From: Chiloscyllium plagiosum
Lineage: Eukaryota
DNA: 64,000 nt
Direction of reading: 5' to 3'
NCBI RefSeq assembly: GCF_004010195.1
Contig: NC_057746.1
Location: 11,930,236 to 11,994,235 of the forward strand
Positions 15,474 through 27,680 of this stretch are shown piece after piece. The number at the start of each line of letters is the position of its first letter. Within the stretch, counting starts at the first letter, position 1. A program made the position numbers and the translations under genes. The notes beneath the pieces were generated by a model, which saw only the letters and a list, made by a program, of their open reading frames with translations, did not search any database and was not told where the DNA came from.

Positions 15474-18400
15474 AATACAAAAGTTGCTGTCTGGTCACAA
15501 ACCATTATTGAATTGGCATGATCACGAGAGCTGACAGCAACAACAGAGTGAAGGCAGAACAGAGACATTTCTTTTGCTGCCATTAGTGATGAGTATTGCT
15601 GAGCCTGTACTAAAGAGATTTGCAGGCCACGGCCCACTGTGGGAGTTGAGGAGCTGTACTATTCACTACAAGGACAGACAAGAGTGGCTCTCAATTGGTG
15701 ACTTCATTTGCGCATCACTGACAAGATAACATAATGGAGCAGAAGGGAGTTGGGCTTTGCTCCTGAAGACCCCTCCACTTGGCCTGATTCATGAGAATCT
15801 TGTCAAGAGCCAGTTAACTTGGAAAATTCTGCCCTGTATGTCGTGACAGTACCAAAGGACTTCATTGGAGATATTGGAAAATTGGTTGCCTATTTTGGGC
15901 CTGGAGCTCTTTAGTTGAGATATTTTGAGATGATGCGACAAGTATAAAGTATTGAAGAAATGAATTTGTTGTATCGTATCTCCCTTTCTTTGCTACCACA
16001 CTCCAGCCTCATATTTTGTCTTGCAAACAGCCAATGAGGGTTTTGGGGTAATTAATAATGATCTACTGTAATTGTGTCTTGAATTAGTTTTACAAAACTA
16101 GCTGCCCATGGCTTGAAATGTTCACTCATTTTTTTCAGGTTTATAATGGTGATTTTATTGTGAATGTAGATGTACGCTTAAAATGCCTCAATAGCACTTT
16201 TCTGACTATTTGCAGATCACCTGACAGTCCAAAGTACAAGGTCGATGGAAAACTGTACACTCCAAATCTATCATGAAAAAAGTAAGTTTGAAAACAATAT
16301 GTGGTTCAAGTTTTACTTCATTCAAAGTACACAAAATAGAAAGGAAATTACTTTCTAGGGACTTTTCAGGAAATATCACACAGCAGCACAGTGAACAATT
16401 CAGGCAAGAGCATTTGTATTACTGTCTCTCTGTTATCTGCATTAGAATTAGGGCTTCAGACTTTTGGTTCAAAAATATTGTATTCGGAGAGGACATCAAA
16501 GACACTTCATTGTAAGTTTGCTTGCATTTTGTTACTGAAGTTTCTAAACTCTGAATATGAATACATTCAAGAACTTGATATCCCATTTCTGTCTCTAATC
16601 GTTATCACCAGCAACAAAGGTTTTGAAGAACAAATTCACCATCTATTGCAGTCACCCATCTGGAGTGTGGTCTGTTTCACTCAAACGGCTGAATGCAGGC
16701 TGCAGTCCTGAATCCCGAATCTTCAGTCTTTCAAATAGCTAGCACACAATTGTGGGATGGAGGCAAATGCTCATTTAAATAACTTCATTTATCTTTTATG
16801 ATCAATTGCAGGCATGGTAAGTGCGACAATCCAAAGTGCGATGGAAATGAAACTTATAGTCCGTCCTGATCAACTGATGAGATTAAAGTGTCAGTTTAAT
16901 CCAAAGTGCAATTTAATTCCTGATTAATATTGTATTAGGAATAAAGGTTGTTGCTGGAGAACCAGCAATTCCTATGAAGTTATGTAGGTATTTCTTCCTG
17001 CATACATGCGAGAACAATGTCAAAACAAGGTCATAGTTAGCACATGACGGAAACTGCTGGGCTCTGCCTCCCAAGTGTGTATTTTTCCTCGAAGTTAGAT
17101 TTTGGTGGTTTTTTTTAACATGACATTTGCAGTAATAATGTTGTGAATTGTGGTGGAGCCCTGCTGCTTGGACACAGCGTTGCTGTGAATGATGGCACCA
17201 CTAATGTTTGCATGCTGCTGATGTGGACTGATCAAGAAGCTGTTGCTGGGTCACTATCCCAAGCATGAAATGGCCCAATCTAAAGAGCTGATAGTTTAAT
17301 TGGAGCAATAGCAGAGTGGCAAATATTTCTGTGCCACTATTAATATTTGCAATTGTTGAGCCAATACCCATTGATGAGGAAAAGTCAATCCTGTATGTAG
17401 ATCCAGTATCCAAAGCTCTTCAATTGAGACATTGGACAGTTAGTTGCCCTTCTATAATTGCCATATGCTCTTTATTTGAGACTTTTCTAGACTATGCATC
17501 ACGCGTAAATGATTGAAAAAATGGGTTTGTCACATTCTTCATTTCCATGTTCTAGCCTGACTGTCAGTGGCTTGAAATCCTGACACTCCTATTCAAGTTT
17601 CTAAAAATGCTTTTATTCTGAACGTAAATGTTTGCATAAATTGACTTAATAGCACTTGATAACCATTTTCATTTTTGAAAACATCAACTGCTGAAAATGC
17701 AAGGGAGCTGGTGATTCTGGTTCTCCAGAAACTAAGAAGGTCATTGAAAAGTAAGCTGAATACAACGTGTGACTGTCTACTAACAGTTAGCAGATCTGGC
17801 TGCATTTGTGGAGTGAAAGGAGAGTTAATGTTTTTAGTTGAACGACTCATGTTCAGAACTTCAGATCTCTCTGAAGAAGGGTCACTTGACTCAACGTGAA
17901 CTCTGCTTTCTCACCAAAGATGCTGCAAAATATGTTGAGTTTCTCCAGAAACTTCTGTATTTCTTTCAGATTGTCAACTTCCACAGTTTTTTCTTTTACA
18001 TTAAGGAAATTATTGACTGGCATATAATCTTTGATCTATCGTTAGTCTTGTAAAAAGACATTTTAGGTGGAAGCTTGCAGTTAATGCTGCAGACCTGATG
18101 CTGGGAGTGAAATATGAAGGCTTTGGCGTATGCTCGGGATGGTATGTTGCCAGCAGTGACCAATGAAGAGAGCCTTCATTGATGAAGGGCTTTTGCCCGA
18201 CAGGGTGATTTTCCTGATACTCACATACTGCCTGACCTGCTGTACTTTTCCAGCACCATTCTAATCTAAAATGAAGAGATTCTTGCCAGGGTTACTCATC
18301 AGTTGACTGTGCAGTTTAGTTTCAAGAGCTGCTACTCCAGTAAGAGGGAGGACAGATCAACACATTTCTTAGCTCTACTATTCATACTGATCATTGCTGA

Positions 18401-19017
18401 GGCTGCAAAGTTGGACACAATCAGAGAAATGAGGGAGGCAGGCCTGAGACATCATGGAGAGTCAAGATGTCAAAGATAACTGTTTATGTCAGCATGGCCT
18501 AGCAATGAGAAGGTGCCAGACTCCCTCCCTGCCATTTTCCGAATCCTACCACCTCCCAATTAAAAGCCAATGAATAATTGAGTATGCATTAACACAAAGT
18601 CTTTCAATAATCATTTCTAGGCCTTCAATGTTCAGTCCTTCAGTTGTTCACTTCCAAGCACTGGACTGTGGAATGAGGCTGAACATATTCAAAAAAAAAT
18701 AACTACCTAGCTCTCTTCTTCCCAATACTATTACATCGGCCATCTCCCCTCACCCCCATCTCTTCAAAAAAACAGGCCATGGTGTCCTGCAAACCTCTGT
18801 GAATTTTGAAAAAAAGGCAACATATATTGCAGTCGTAGCTTTTGAAAGTGGCCTTTTTTGACAGAATGTAATGTGAAAAGGAATTTCTATAGAGTAGGAG
18901 TTTCTGTAAGATTTCTGGAGAAACTTTCTCTTGACAACGTCTCCCAGTGCTATAGCAAGCACTACCATTCCAGGCCACAGCCCCTCCCAATATTTGCATT
19001 ATTCCTGGTGATTACAT

Positions 19018-19342
19018 GGGCGGCACGGTAGCACAGTGGTTAGCACTGCTGCTTCACAGCGCCAGAGACCCGGGTTCAATTCCCGCCTCAGGCGACTCTC
19101 TGTGTGGAGTTTGCACATTCTCCCCGTGTCTGCGTGGGTTTCCTCCGGGTGCTCCGGTTTCCTCCCACAATCCAAAAATGTGCAGGGGTTAGATGAATTG
19201 GCCATACTAAATTGCCCGTAGTGTTAGATGAAGGGGTAAATGTAGGAGAATGGGTCTGGGTGGGTTACGCTTCGGCGGGTCGGTGTGGACTTGTTGGGCC
19301 GAAGGGCCTGTTTCCACACTGTAAGTAATCTAATCTAATCTA
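19018..19342 (+). mobile_element. HE1-like SINE
   Basis: Near-identical to 1110-1426, with (AATCT)n tail. Confidence 0.9.
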
Positions 19343-20484
19343 CAGTGATTCCTCTTTTTTTAAAAAAAATGCTGTATCAGCTCAATAGAGCATTTCGATA
19401 TTCAGGGTTTATTTTCAAATGTTTGCAAGTCATTTATAGGTGTAAGTCCTTTGTTTAATTTGTGCTTCATGATGACTTGTGGCTGGCGACATTTTGACAG
19501 ACCAGATTGTCAGGAGGATGGGAATCAAATTTTGCCAGGCGTGAGGGCAAACATGAAGAAGCAACTTTGATTTGATCTGATTTTGATGTGGTTTAATTAT
19601 GCTTCATTTGGAATACAACAATGTGAAAAGGGAATGTTGGAGAACCATTGATTCCTTTAAAATGTTTTGTGCAATGCGGCAAATGTCAGTCCAGACAATA
19701 GCAGCTAAATTAATGAGGCTGCTGGACTGCCTCCCGAGGAATTTAATATTTGAGAGAGAGTTTTCTTAAACAGTAGTACTACCATCCTAAACGCTGAGAT
19801 GGGAAATTGCTTGCTGATCAATATTGTGGTTCTATTTCTTGACAATGGAATCTTAGAGAAAATACTGAAGATTTTACCCCCTGACAAGCCCACTTTGTTC
19901 ATGCAGATCCTCTTTGAATATTGTATCAGTCTGGCTGTTGAAAGACAGCTTTGGAAAGTTGTTTATTTCTGTCAACTTCTATTTAATGAATTGCTGAAAT
20001 GTTGGAAAATGCATTTACAAAACTAAGGTATCTTGTAAAATCAGGAGATGTGCACAGTGCAAATAAAAATCCCATTTAATGTTGGCCTGGGCAAGCCTGG
20101 TAAACTTAAACTTGCGCTTATAGAGAAAGGACTGAGATCTTAACTGTCTCATTATCTAATGTATTGAATTTGAACTTATGTCTGTCTGTAAATTCTTGAT
20201 CCATACTGTCTCCAGTACCCCTTGTATACACACTCTGTTCTTTGGTTCTCTGATTGCTTTATATCTTTTTGTCCATGAGTATGGTCAAGCCCACTTAAGT
20301 AGCTGTACTTTACTGATAAACTTCCTTAGATGCCCTCTGGTACTCATCCTCTCTTTGAAAGCTTGCTTAAAAGGCGGTTTCATGTTTCTGGTCAGTGGTC
20401 CTAATTCTTCTGATACATGCAAACAACCTTCTCCAGTTTGGCATTCGGTGCATCCTTTCCTAGTTTGGAAGGTCGAATTCGAAT

Positions 20485-21420
20485 GCTGAATATATGGTTA
20501 AAGACAGGATTCTTGGCAGTGTGAAGGAACAGAGGGATCTGGGTCTGCAAGTACATAGATCCCTCAAAATTGCCACCCAAGTGGATAGGGTCGTTAAGAA
20601 AGTATATGGTGTTTAGGCTTTCATTTACAGGGGAATCGAGTTTGAGAGCAGCGAGGTTTTGCTACAGCTCTCCAAGTCCATGGTGAGACCACACCTGGAA
20701 TATTAAGTCCAGTTCTGATCGCCCTGCTATTAGAAAGATAAAGAATCTTTGGAGTGGGTGCAAAGAAGGTTTACCAGGATGCTGCCTGGACTGGAGGGCT
20801 TCATCAACCTTCCTAATGAAGGAAGGTTGATGAAGCTCAGACTTTTCTCTCTGGAGAGAAGGAGGAAGAGAGGAGACTTGTTCGAGGTATACAAAATAAT
20901 GAGAGGAATAAATTAGATTAGATTAGATTACTTTACAGTGTGGAAACAGGCCCTTCGGCCCAACAAGTCCACACCGACCCACGGAAGCGGCAGCGCAAAC
21001 CACCCAAACCCCTACATGTACCCTTTACCTAACACTACGGACAATTTAGCATGGCCAATTCACCCGACCTGCACATTTTTGGACTGTGGGAGGAAACCGG
21101 AGCACCCAGAGGAAACCCACGCAGACACGGGGAGAATGTGCAAACTCCACACAGTCAGTTGCCTGAGGCGGGAATTGAACCCAGGTCTCTGGCGCTGTGA
21201 GGCAGCAGTGCTAACCACTGTGCCACCGTGCCGCCCACAAGTCAATAGCCAGAGACTTTTCCCCAGGGCTGGATTGACTGGTACGAGGGGGTCATAGTTT
21301 TAAGATATTAGGAGAAAGGTATAGAGGAGACGTTAGAGGTAGTTTCTTTGTGCAGAGAGTTGTGAATGCATTGCCAGAGGTGGTGGTGGAAGTAGAGTCA
21401 TTAGGTACATTTAACTGACT
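20485..21420 (+). mobile_element. CR1 3' fragment split by a SINE
   Basis: RPHLEY..RFTRMLPG-type coding remnants on both sides of 20913-21236. Confidence 0.8.
20913..21236 (-). mobile_element. HE1-like SINE
   Basis: Reverse complement of the 1110-1426 family. Confidence 0.9.
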
Positions 21421-22430
21421 ACTGGTGTAATTGTCTGAAATCCCTTTGTTTGTCTCCCTCTATTAGACGTGCATCTTTGAATAAATGACCTGCACTTTAA
21501 TCCTACCAAGATGTAACACCTTACATTTATCTGTGTGGATCTTCATTTGCTAATTATTCGAACATTAATGGTCTCTTGCAACTTCTTGTAGTCCTCAGAA
21601 TTGGTTACATTTCAACACTCCTTTCCAATTTGGTGTCATTAAATTGCTAATTTTTTGTCGTAATTTGATACAATATTTAATTTGCAGTTTTACTTTATTT
21701 AAATTTGAATTTTTAGAGAGGTGCAGTAATCCACACGGTAGAATGACAGATAGATGAAAATTATTACGAACACAGGACTAATTACTAGGCTCTATTACCT
21801 GCAAGGTTCAAAACAGGGAATTATTTTTTTACACGAATGATATGGTGAGATTATCCGTAGTGCAATAAGATTTTGTCCATTTTTTTTGTTGCAGTTTATT
21901 TCCGCAGGTCTTTCTGTGCGACTGGCATGAAATTGGAAAGGCACCCATCCTCCATTATAAACTAAATGATATTATTTTTTAAAAACTGCATTTATATAAA
22001 ATGCAACATGAATTATGAAGCCATTCCGCTAGGTGTATAAATATTCATAGCCATGTAGAGTTATACAGGGAGAGGCTAAATAGGCTGGGGCTGACTTCTC
22101 TGGAGCGTTGGAGGCTGAGGGGTGATTTTATAAAGGCTTATAAAATCATCAGAGGCATGGATACGGTGAATAGACAAAGTCTTTTCCCTGGGGTGGGTGG
22201 AGTCTCATCTAAACGTATACTCGTGAGTATAGGTTTAGCGTGAGAGGGGAACAAGTTGAAAGAACGTAAGGAGTAAGTTTTGCATGCAGAGGATGGTGTG
22301 TGTATGGAATGAACTGCCAGAGGAAGTGGTAGAGGCTGGTGCAATTTCAATATTTAAAAGATATCTGAATGTGTATATGAATAGGAAGGGTTGAGAGGGA
22401 TATGGGCCAAGTACTGGCCAATGTGACTAG

Positions 22431-25400
22431 CTCTCTGCTCCTTCTCACAGTAGAGAGCGGCGCGAGCTGGGCAGAAGTGAGGTTGGAGCGCAGAGCTGGT
22501 CGGGAAGGTAAGTGATTGATATTTGAGTGGGTGTGTTCTGGACCCCAGGCCCGACATAGTAGGGCCTCCCTCCCATCCTTCTCCTCTAACCTAATTTTAA
22601 AGTCCACAGGTAAGCTACTCAGTGTTCTTGATTTCAGAGACGAGGTGTAGAGTAATGGCAGCGCAGGCAGTGGAATGTTCCTCCTGCAGGATGTTCGAGG
22701 TAGGGGTGACCACCGATACTCCTGCCGACTTCATCTGCTGGAAATGCAGTGAGATCCTGCTCCTCACAGAACGAGTTAGGGAACTGGAACTGGAGTTGGA
22801 TGAATTGAGGATTATTCGACAGGCTGAGAGGGTGATAGATAGAAGCTACAGGGACATAGCTACGCCAGAGAACAGAGGTAGCTGGGTAACAGTTAGAGCT
22901 GGGAAGGGGAGGAAGCAGGCAGTGCAGGGACCCCCTGTGGTAGTTCCCCTAACCAATAAGAAAACCGCTTTGGATACAGTTGGGGTAGCAGGGGTAAGCT
23001 GCAGTGACCGGGTCTGTGGCGCGAAGTCTGGCTCTGAGACTCAGAAGGGAAAGGGGGAGAGGAGGAGAGCGCTAGTTATAGGAGACTCTCTAGTTAGAGG
23101 GACGGACAGGCGGTTCTGTGGACATAGGCGAGACTCTCGGATGGTTTGTTGCCTCCCGGGTGCCAGGGTCCGAGACGTATCGGACCGTGTCTTCAGAATC
23201 CTTAAGGGGGAGGGTGTGCACGTTGGCACCAACGACATAGGTAGGAAGAGGGGTGGGGAGGTCATTCAAGAGCTCAAGAAGTTAGGCTGGAAGCTAAAAG
23301 CTAGGACAGACAGAGTCGTCATCTCTGGGTTGTTGCCGGTGCCACGTGACAGTGAGGCAAAGAATAGGGAGACAGTGCAGTTGAACACGTGGCTGCAAGG
23401 ATGGTGTAGGAGGGAGGGATTCAGGTATTTGGACAATTGGACTGCATTCTGGGCAGACAGGGAATACTTGCGGACACAGAGATGCGTTCAAGTGCGTATA
23501 CTTCAGCACAAGGAGTATCAGAAATAAGGTGGGTGAACTTAAGGCGTGGATCGGTACCTGGGACTACGATGTTGTGGCCATCACGGAAACGTGGATAGAA
23601 GAGGGACAGGAATGGTTGTTGGAGGTTCCTGGTTACAGATGTTTCAGTAGGATTAGGGAGGGTGGTAAAAAAGAGGGGCGGTGGCGTTGCTAATTAGAAA
23701 TGGTATAACGGCTGCAGAAAGGCAGTCAGGGGGGATCTGCCTTTGGAGGTAGTATGGGCTGAAGTCAGAAGTAGGAAAGTTGCGGTCACCTTGTTGGGTG
23801 TTTACTATAGGCCCCCCAATAGCAGCAGAGATGTGGAGAAACAGATTGGGAAGCAAATTTTGGAAAGGTGCAGAAGCCACAGGGTAGTCGTCATGGGCGA
23901 TTTCAACTTCCCAAATATTGATTAGAAGCTCTTTAGATCAAGTAGATTGAATGGGGCGGTGTTTGCGCAGTGTGTCCAGGAAGCTTTTCTAACTCAGTAT
24001 GTAGATTGTCCGACCAGAGGGGAGGCCGTATTGGATTTGGTACTCGGTAATGAACCGGGACAAGTGATGGTCTTGTTACTGGGTGAACATTTTGGTGGTA
24101 GTGACCACAATTCTGTGACTTTCACCTTGGTTATGGAGAGAGATAGGTGCGTGCAACAGGGTAGGTTTTACAATTGGGGGAAGGGTAATTACGATGCTGT
24201 AAGACAGGATCTGAGGAGCATAAGTTGGGAGCATAGGCTGTCAGGGAAGGATGTCGTGGAAATGTGGAACTTTTTCAAGGAACAGATACGACGTGTCCTT
24301 GATATGTATGTACCTGTAAGGCAGGAAAGAAATGGTCGTGTGAGGGAACCTTGGTTGACGAGGGAGGTTGAATGTCTTGTAAAGAGGAAGAAGAGGGCTT
24401 ACATAAGGTTGAGGAAACAAAGTTCAGACAGAGCAGTGGAGGGATACAGGATAGCCAGAAGGGACCTGAAGAAAGGGATGAGGANNNNNNNNNNNNNNNN
24501 NNNNNNNNNNNNNNNNNNNNNNNNNNNNNNNNNNNNNNNNNNNNNNNNNNNNNNNNNNNNNNNNNNNNNNNNNNNNNNNNNNNNNNNNNNNNNNNNNNNN
24601 NNNNNNNNNNNNNNNNNNNNNNNNNNNNNNNNNNNNNNNNNNNNNNNNNNNNNNNNNNNNNNNNNNNNNNNNNNNNNNNNNNNNNNNNNNNNNNNNNNNN
24701 NNNNNNNNNNNNNNNNNNNNNNNNNNNNNNNNNNNNNNNNNNNNNNNNNNNNNNNNNNNNNNNNNNNNNNNNNNNNNNNNNNNNNNNNNNNNNNNNNNNN
24801 NNNNNNNNNNNNNNNNNNNNNNNNNNNNNNNNNNNNNNNNNNNNNNNNNNNNNNNNNNNNNNNNNNNNNNNNNNNNNNNNNNNNNNNNNNNNNNNNNNNN
24901 NNNNNNNNNNNNNNNNNNNNNNNNNNNNNNNNNNNNNNNNNNNNNNNNNNNNNNNNNNNNNNNNNNNNNNNNNNNNNNNNNNNNNNNNNNNNNNNNNNNN
25001 NNNNNNNNNNNNNNNNNNNNNNNNNNNNNNNNNNNNNNNNNNNNNNNNNNNNNNNNNNNNNNNNNNNNNNNNNNNNNNNNNNNNNNNNNNNNNNNNNNNN
25101 NNNNNNNNNNNNNNNNNNNNNNNNNNNNNNNNNNNNNNNNNNNNNNNNNNNNNNNNNNNNNNNNNNNNNNNNNNNNNNNNNNNNNNNNNNNNNNNNNNNN
25201 NNNNNNNNNNNNNNNNNNNNNNNNNNNNNNNNNNNNNNNNNNNNNNNNNNNNNNNNNNNNNNNNNNNNNNGGTGGTACTAGGGGACTGGAGAGTGGCGAA
25301 TGTTGTGCCCCTGTTCAAAAAAGGGAATGGGGATAACCCTGGGAATTACAGGCCAGTTAGTCTTACTTCGGTGGTAGGCAAAGTAATGGAAATGGTACTG

Positions 25401-26687
25401 AGGGATAGGATTTATGAGTATCTGGAAAGCCACTGCTTGATTAGGGACAGCCTGCACGGATTTGTGAAGGGTAGGTCTTGCCTTACAAGTCTTATTGCAT
25501 TCTTTGAGGAGGTGACCAAGCATGTGGATGAGGGTAGAGCAGTGGATGTAGTGTACATGGATTTTAGTAAGGCATTTGATAAGGTTCCCCATGGTAGGCT
25601 TGTGCGGAAAGTCAGGAGGCATGGGATAGAGGGAAATTTGGCCAAGTGGATACAAAACTGGCTAACCGGTCAAAGTCAGAGTGGTGGTATATGTCAAATA
25701 TTCAGCCTGGAACCCAGTTACAAGTGGAGTTCCGCAGGGATCAGTTCTGGGTCCTCTGCTCTTTGTAATTTTTATTAATGACTTGGATGAGGGAGTCGAA
25801 GGGTGGGTCAGTCAATTTGCAGATGATACGAAGATTGGTGGAGTTGTGGATAGTGAGGAGGGCTGTTGTCGACTGCAAATAGACTTAGATATGATGCATA
25901 GCTGGGCTGAGGAGTGATAGATGGAGTTCAACCCTGCCAAGTGTGAGGTTGTCCATTTTGGAAAGGCAAATAAGAATGCGGAATACAGGGTTAACGGTAG
26001 GGTTCTTAGTGAGGTGGAGGAACAGAGGGATCTTGGGGTCTATGTTCATAGATCTTTGAAAGTTGCCACTCAGGTGGATAGAGCTTATAAGAAGGCCTAT
26101 GGTGTATTTGCGTTCATTAGCAGAGGGATTGAATTCAAGAGTCGTGAAGTGATGTTGCAACTGTACAGGAGTTTTGTTAGGCCACATTTGGAGTACTGTG
26201 TGCAGTTCTGGTCGCCTCACTTTAGGAAAGATGTGGAAGCTTTGGAGAGGGTGCAGAGAAGATTTACCAGGATGTTGCCTGGAATGGAGAATAGGTCGTA
26301 CGAGGATCGGTTGAGAGTGCTAGGCCTTTTCTCTTTGGAACGGCGAAGGATGAGGGGTGACTTGATAGAGGTTTTTAAGATGATCAGAGGAATAGATAGA
26401 GTAGACAGTCAGACACTTTTTCTCCGGGTGCAACAGAGTTTGCATAAATTTAAGGTGAAGGGTGGAAGGTATAGGGGAGATGTCAGGGGTGGGTTCTTTA
26501 CCCAGAGAGTGGTGGGGGCATGGAATGCGCTGCCTGTGGGAGTGGTAGAGTCAGAATCTTTGGTGACCTTTAAGCGGCAATTGGATAGGTACATGGATGG
26601 GTGCTTAAGCTAGGACAAATGTTCGGCACAACATCGTGGGCCGAAGGGCCTGTTCTGTGCTGTATTGTTCTATGTTCTATGTTCTAT
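22431..26687 (+). mobile_element. Near full-length young CR1 LINE nested in an older CR1 3' end (22030-22430 and 26688-26765)
   Basis: ORF1 22622-23527 (CSSC/CWKC, coiled coil, GDSLVR esterase); endonuclease (GDFN, SDHN); RT (QFADD); (TTCTATG)n tail. Contains the gap 24485-25270. Confidence 0.93.
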
Positions 26688-26779
26688 TAGTTCACGGTAT
26701 GTGCTCAGCATGGGCGAGTGAGACCGAAATGTGTTTCCATGTTGTACATCTCCATGACTCTACTCTTTTGCTCTTAATG

Positions 26780-27680
26780 TACGATTAGATTCTCTTTGAT
26801 TATCTTTAACATTACCTCCCAAGGCTATCTCATTTTTTTCTTGCCCTCCTCATTTCCCTCTTCAGAATGTCCCTGCACATATTATACTCTTTGAGATTCA
26901 CTTGATCTCATTTATCTATGTCTAATACATGATTTGTTCTTATTCTTAACCAGAGCCTCAATATCTTTGCTTTCCAGTGTTCCCTCCTCTTACCAGCCTT
27001 ACCTACACTCTAACAGGAACATCACGCCTCTGAACTCTTATAATCTCACTTCTGAAAGCCTCGCTTTTGAGGGGCCTCCCTTTAGCTGCAAACAGTCTAC
27101 TCTAATCAACCCTTGAAAGTTTTTGTCTCATACTATCAAAATTTGCCCGAGTTCAATTAAGAACATTAACTTATATATATAATGCCAATCATTTCCATAG
27201 ATATTTTACAACTAATCGAATTATGACTCCTGACCCCAAACTGCTCCCCTACTAACCATTCAGTCACTTACTTTGCCTTATTTTAAAAGAGTAGGTCAGG
27301 TTTGCTCTATCTGTGGTAGTTACATCTGGATATTAATGAAGGTAGTTTTCTTAAACACTTAACAAATTCCTCACCATCCAAGCTCTTAAGACCATGGCTG
27401 CCCCACTTTATGTTTGGAAGGTTAACTTTTGCTATTCTTGCAATCCTATTATTCTTATGCATATATGAGATCTCTCAACTTATTTGTTACTCAACTTCAC
27501 TCTGACTACAGGGGGGACTATTACAATCGCATCAAAGTAATCATGCTCTTCTTATTTCTGAGTTCTATCCACATAGCTTCATTGGACAATCCCTCAGAAG
27601 TACCTTTTGTTAGAACAGCAGTGATATTTCACCACAAGAAAAATTGACTCCAATCTCCTTCTAGCTCTTCCTACTTCTGC
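26780..27680 (-). mobile_element. Old CR1 ORF2 endonuclease-region fragment
   Basis: Degenerate similarity to the endonuclease region of the younger CR1 copies. Confidence 0.55.

Larger units (their letters stand above)
10540..20050 (-). pseudogene. Decayed intronless ORF of tandem ~200-240 aa repeated domains, family unidentified, interrupted by a LINE and SINEs
   Basis: Recurrent motif FPS..FGLS.LP.LQLI..EK...K.AFAS....VPA...AEDSGFS.AA.IQLL near 10.7, 11.4, 12.0, 12.7, 16.2, 16.8 and 19.5 kb. Differences between copies fall largely at synonymous positions. Confidence 0.6.

Noticed and set aside
11720-17430. hAT- or Gypsy-like YPNLF and LDTGS motifs in the fossil ORF region
   Set aside because: Short isolated matches on inconsistent strands with no supporting transposase, RT or integrase motifs.
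23947-25778. Long ORFs with X runs (also near 30 kb and 58 kb)
   Set aside because: Artefacts of translating through N gaps.
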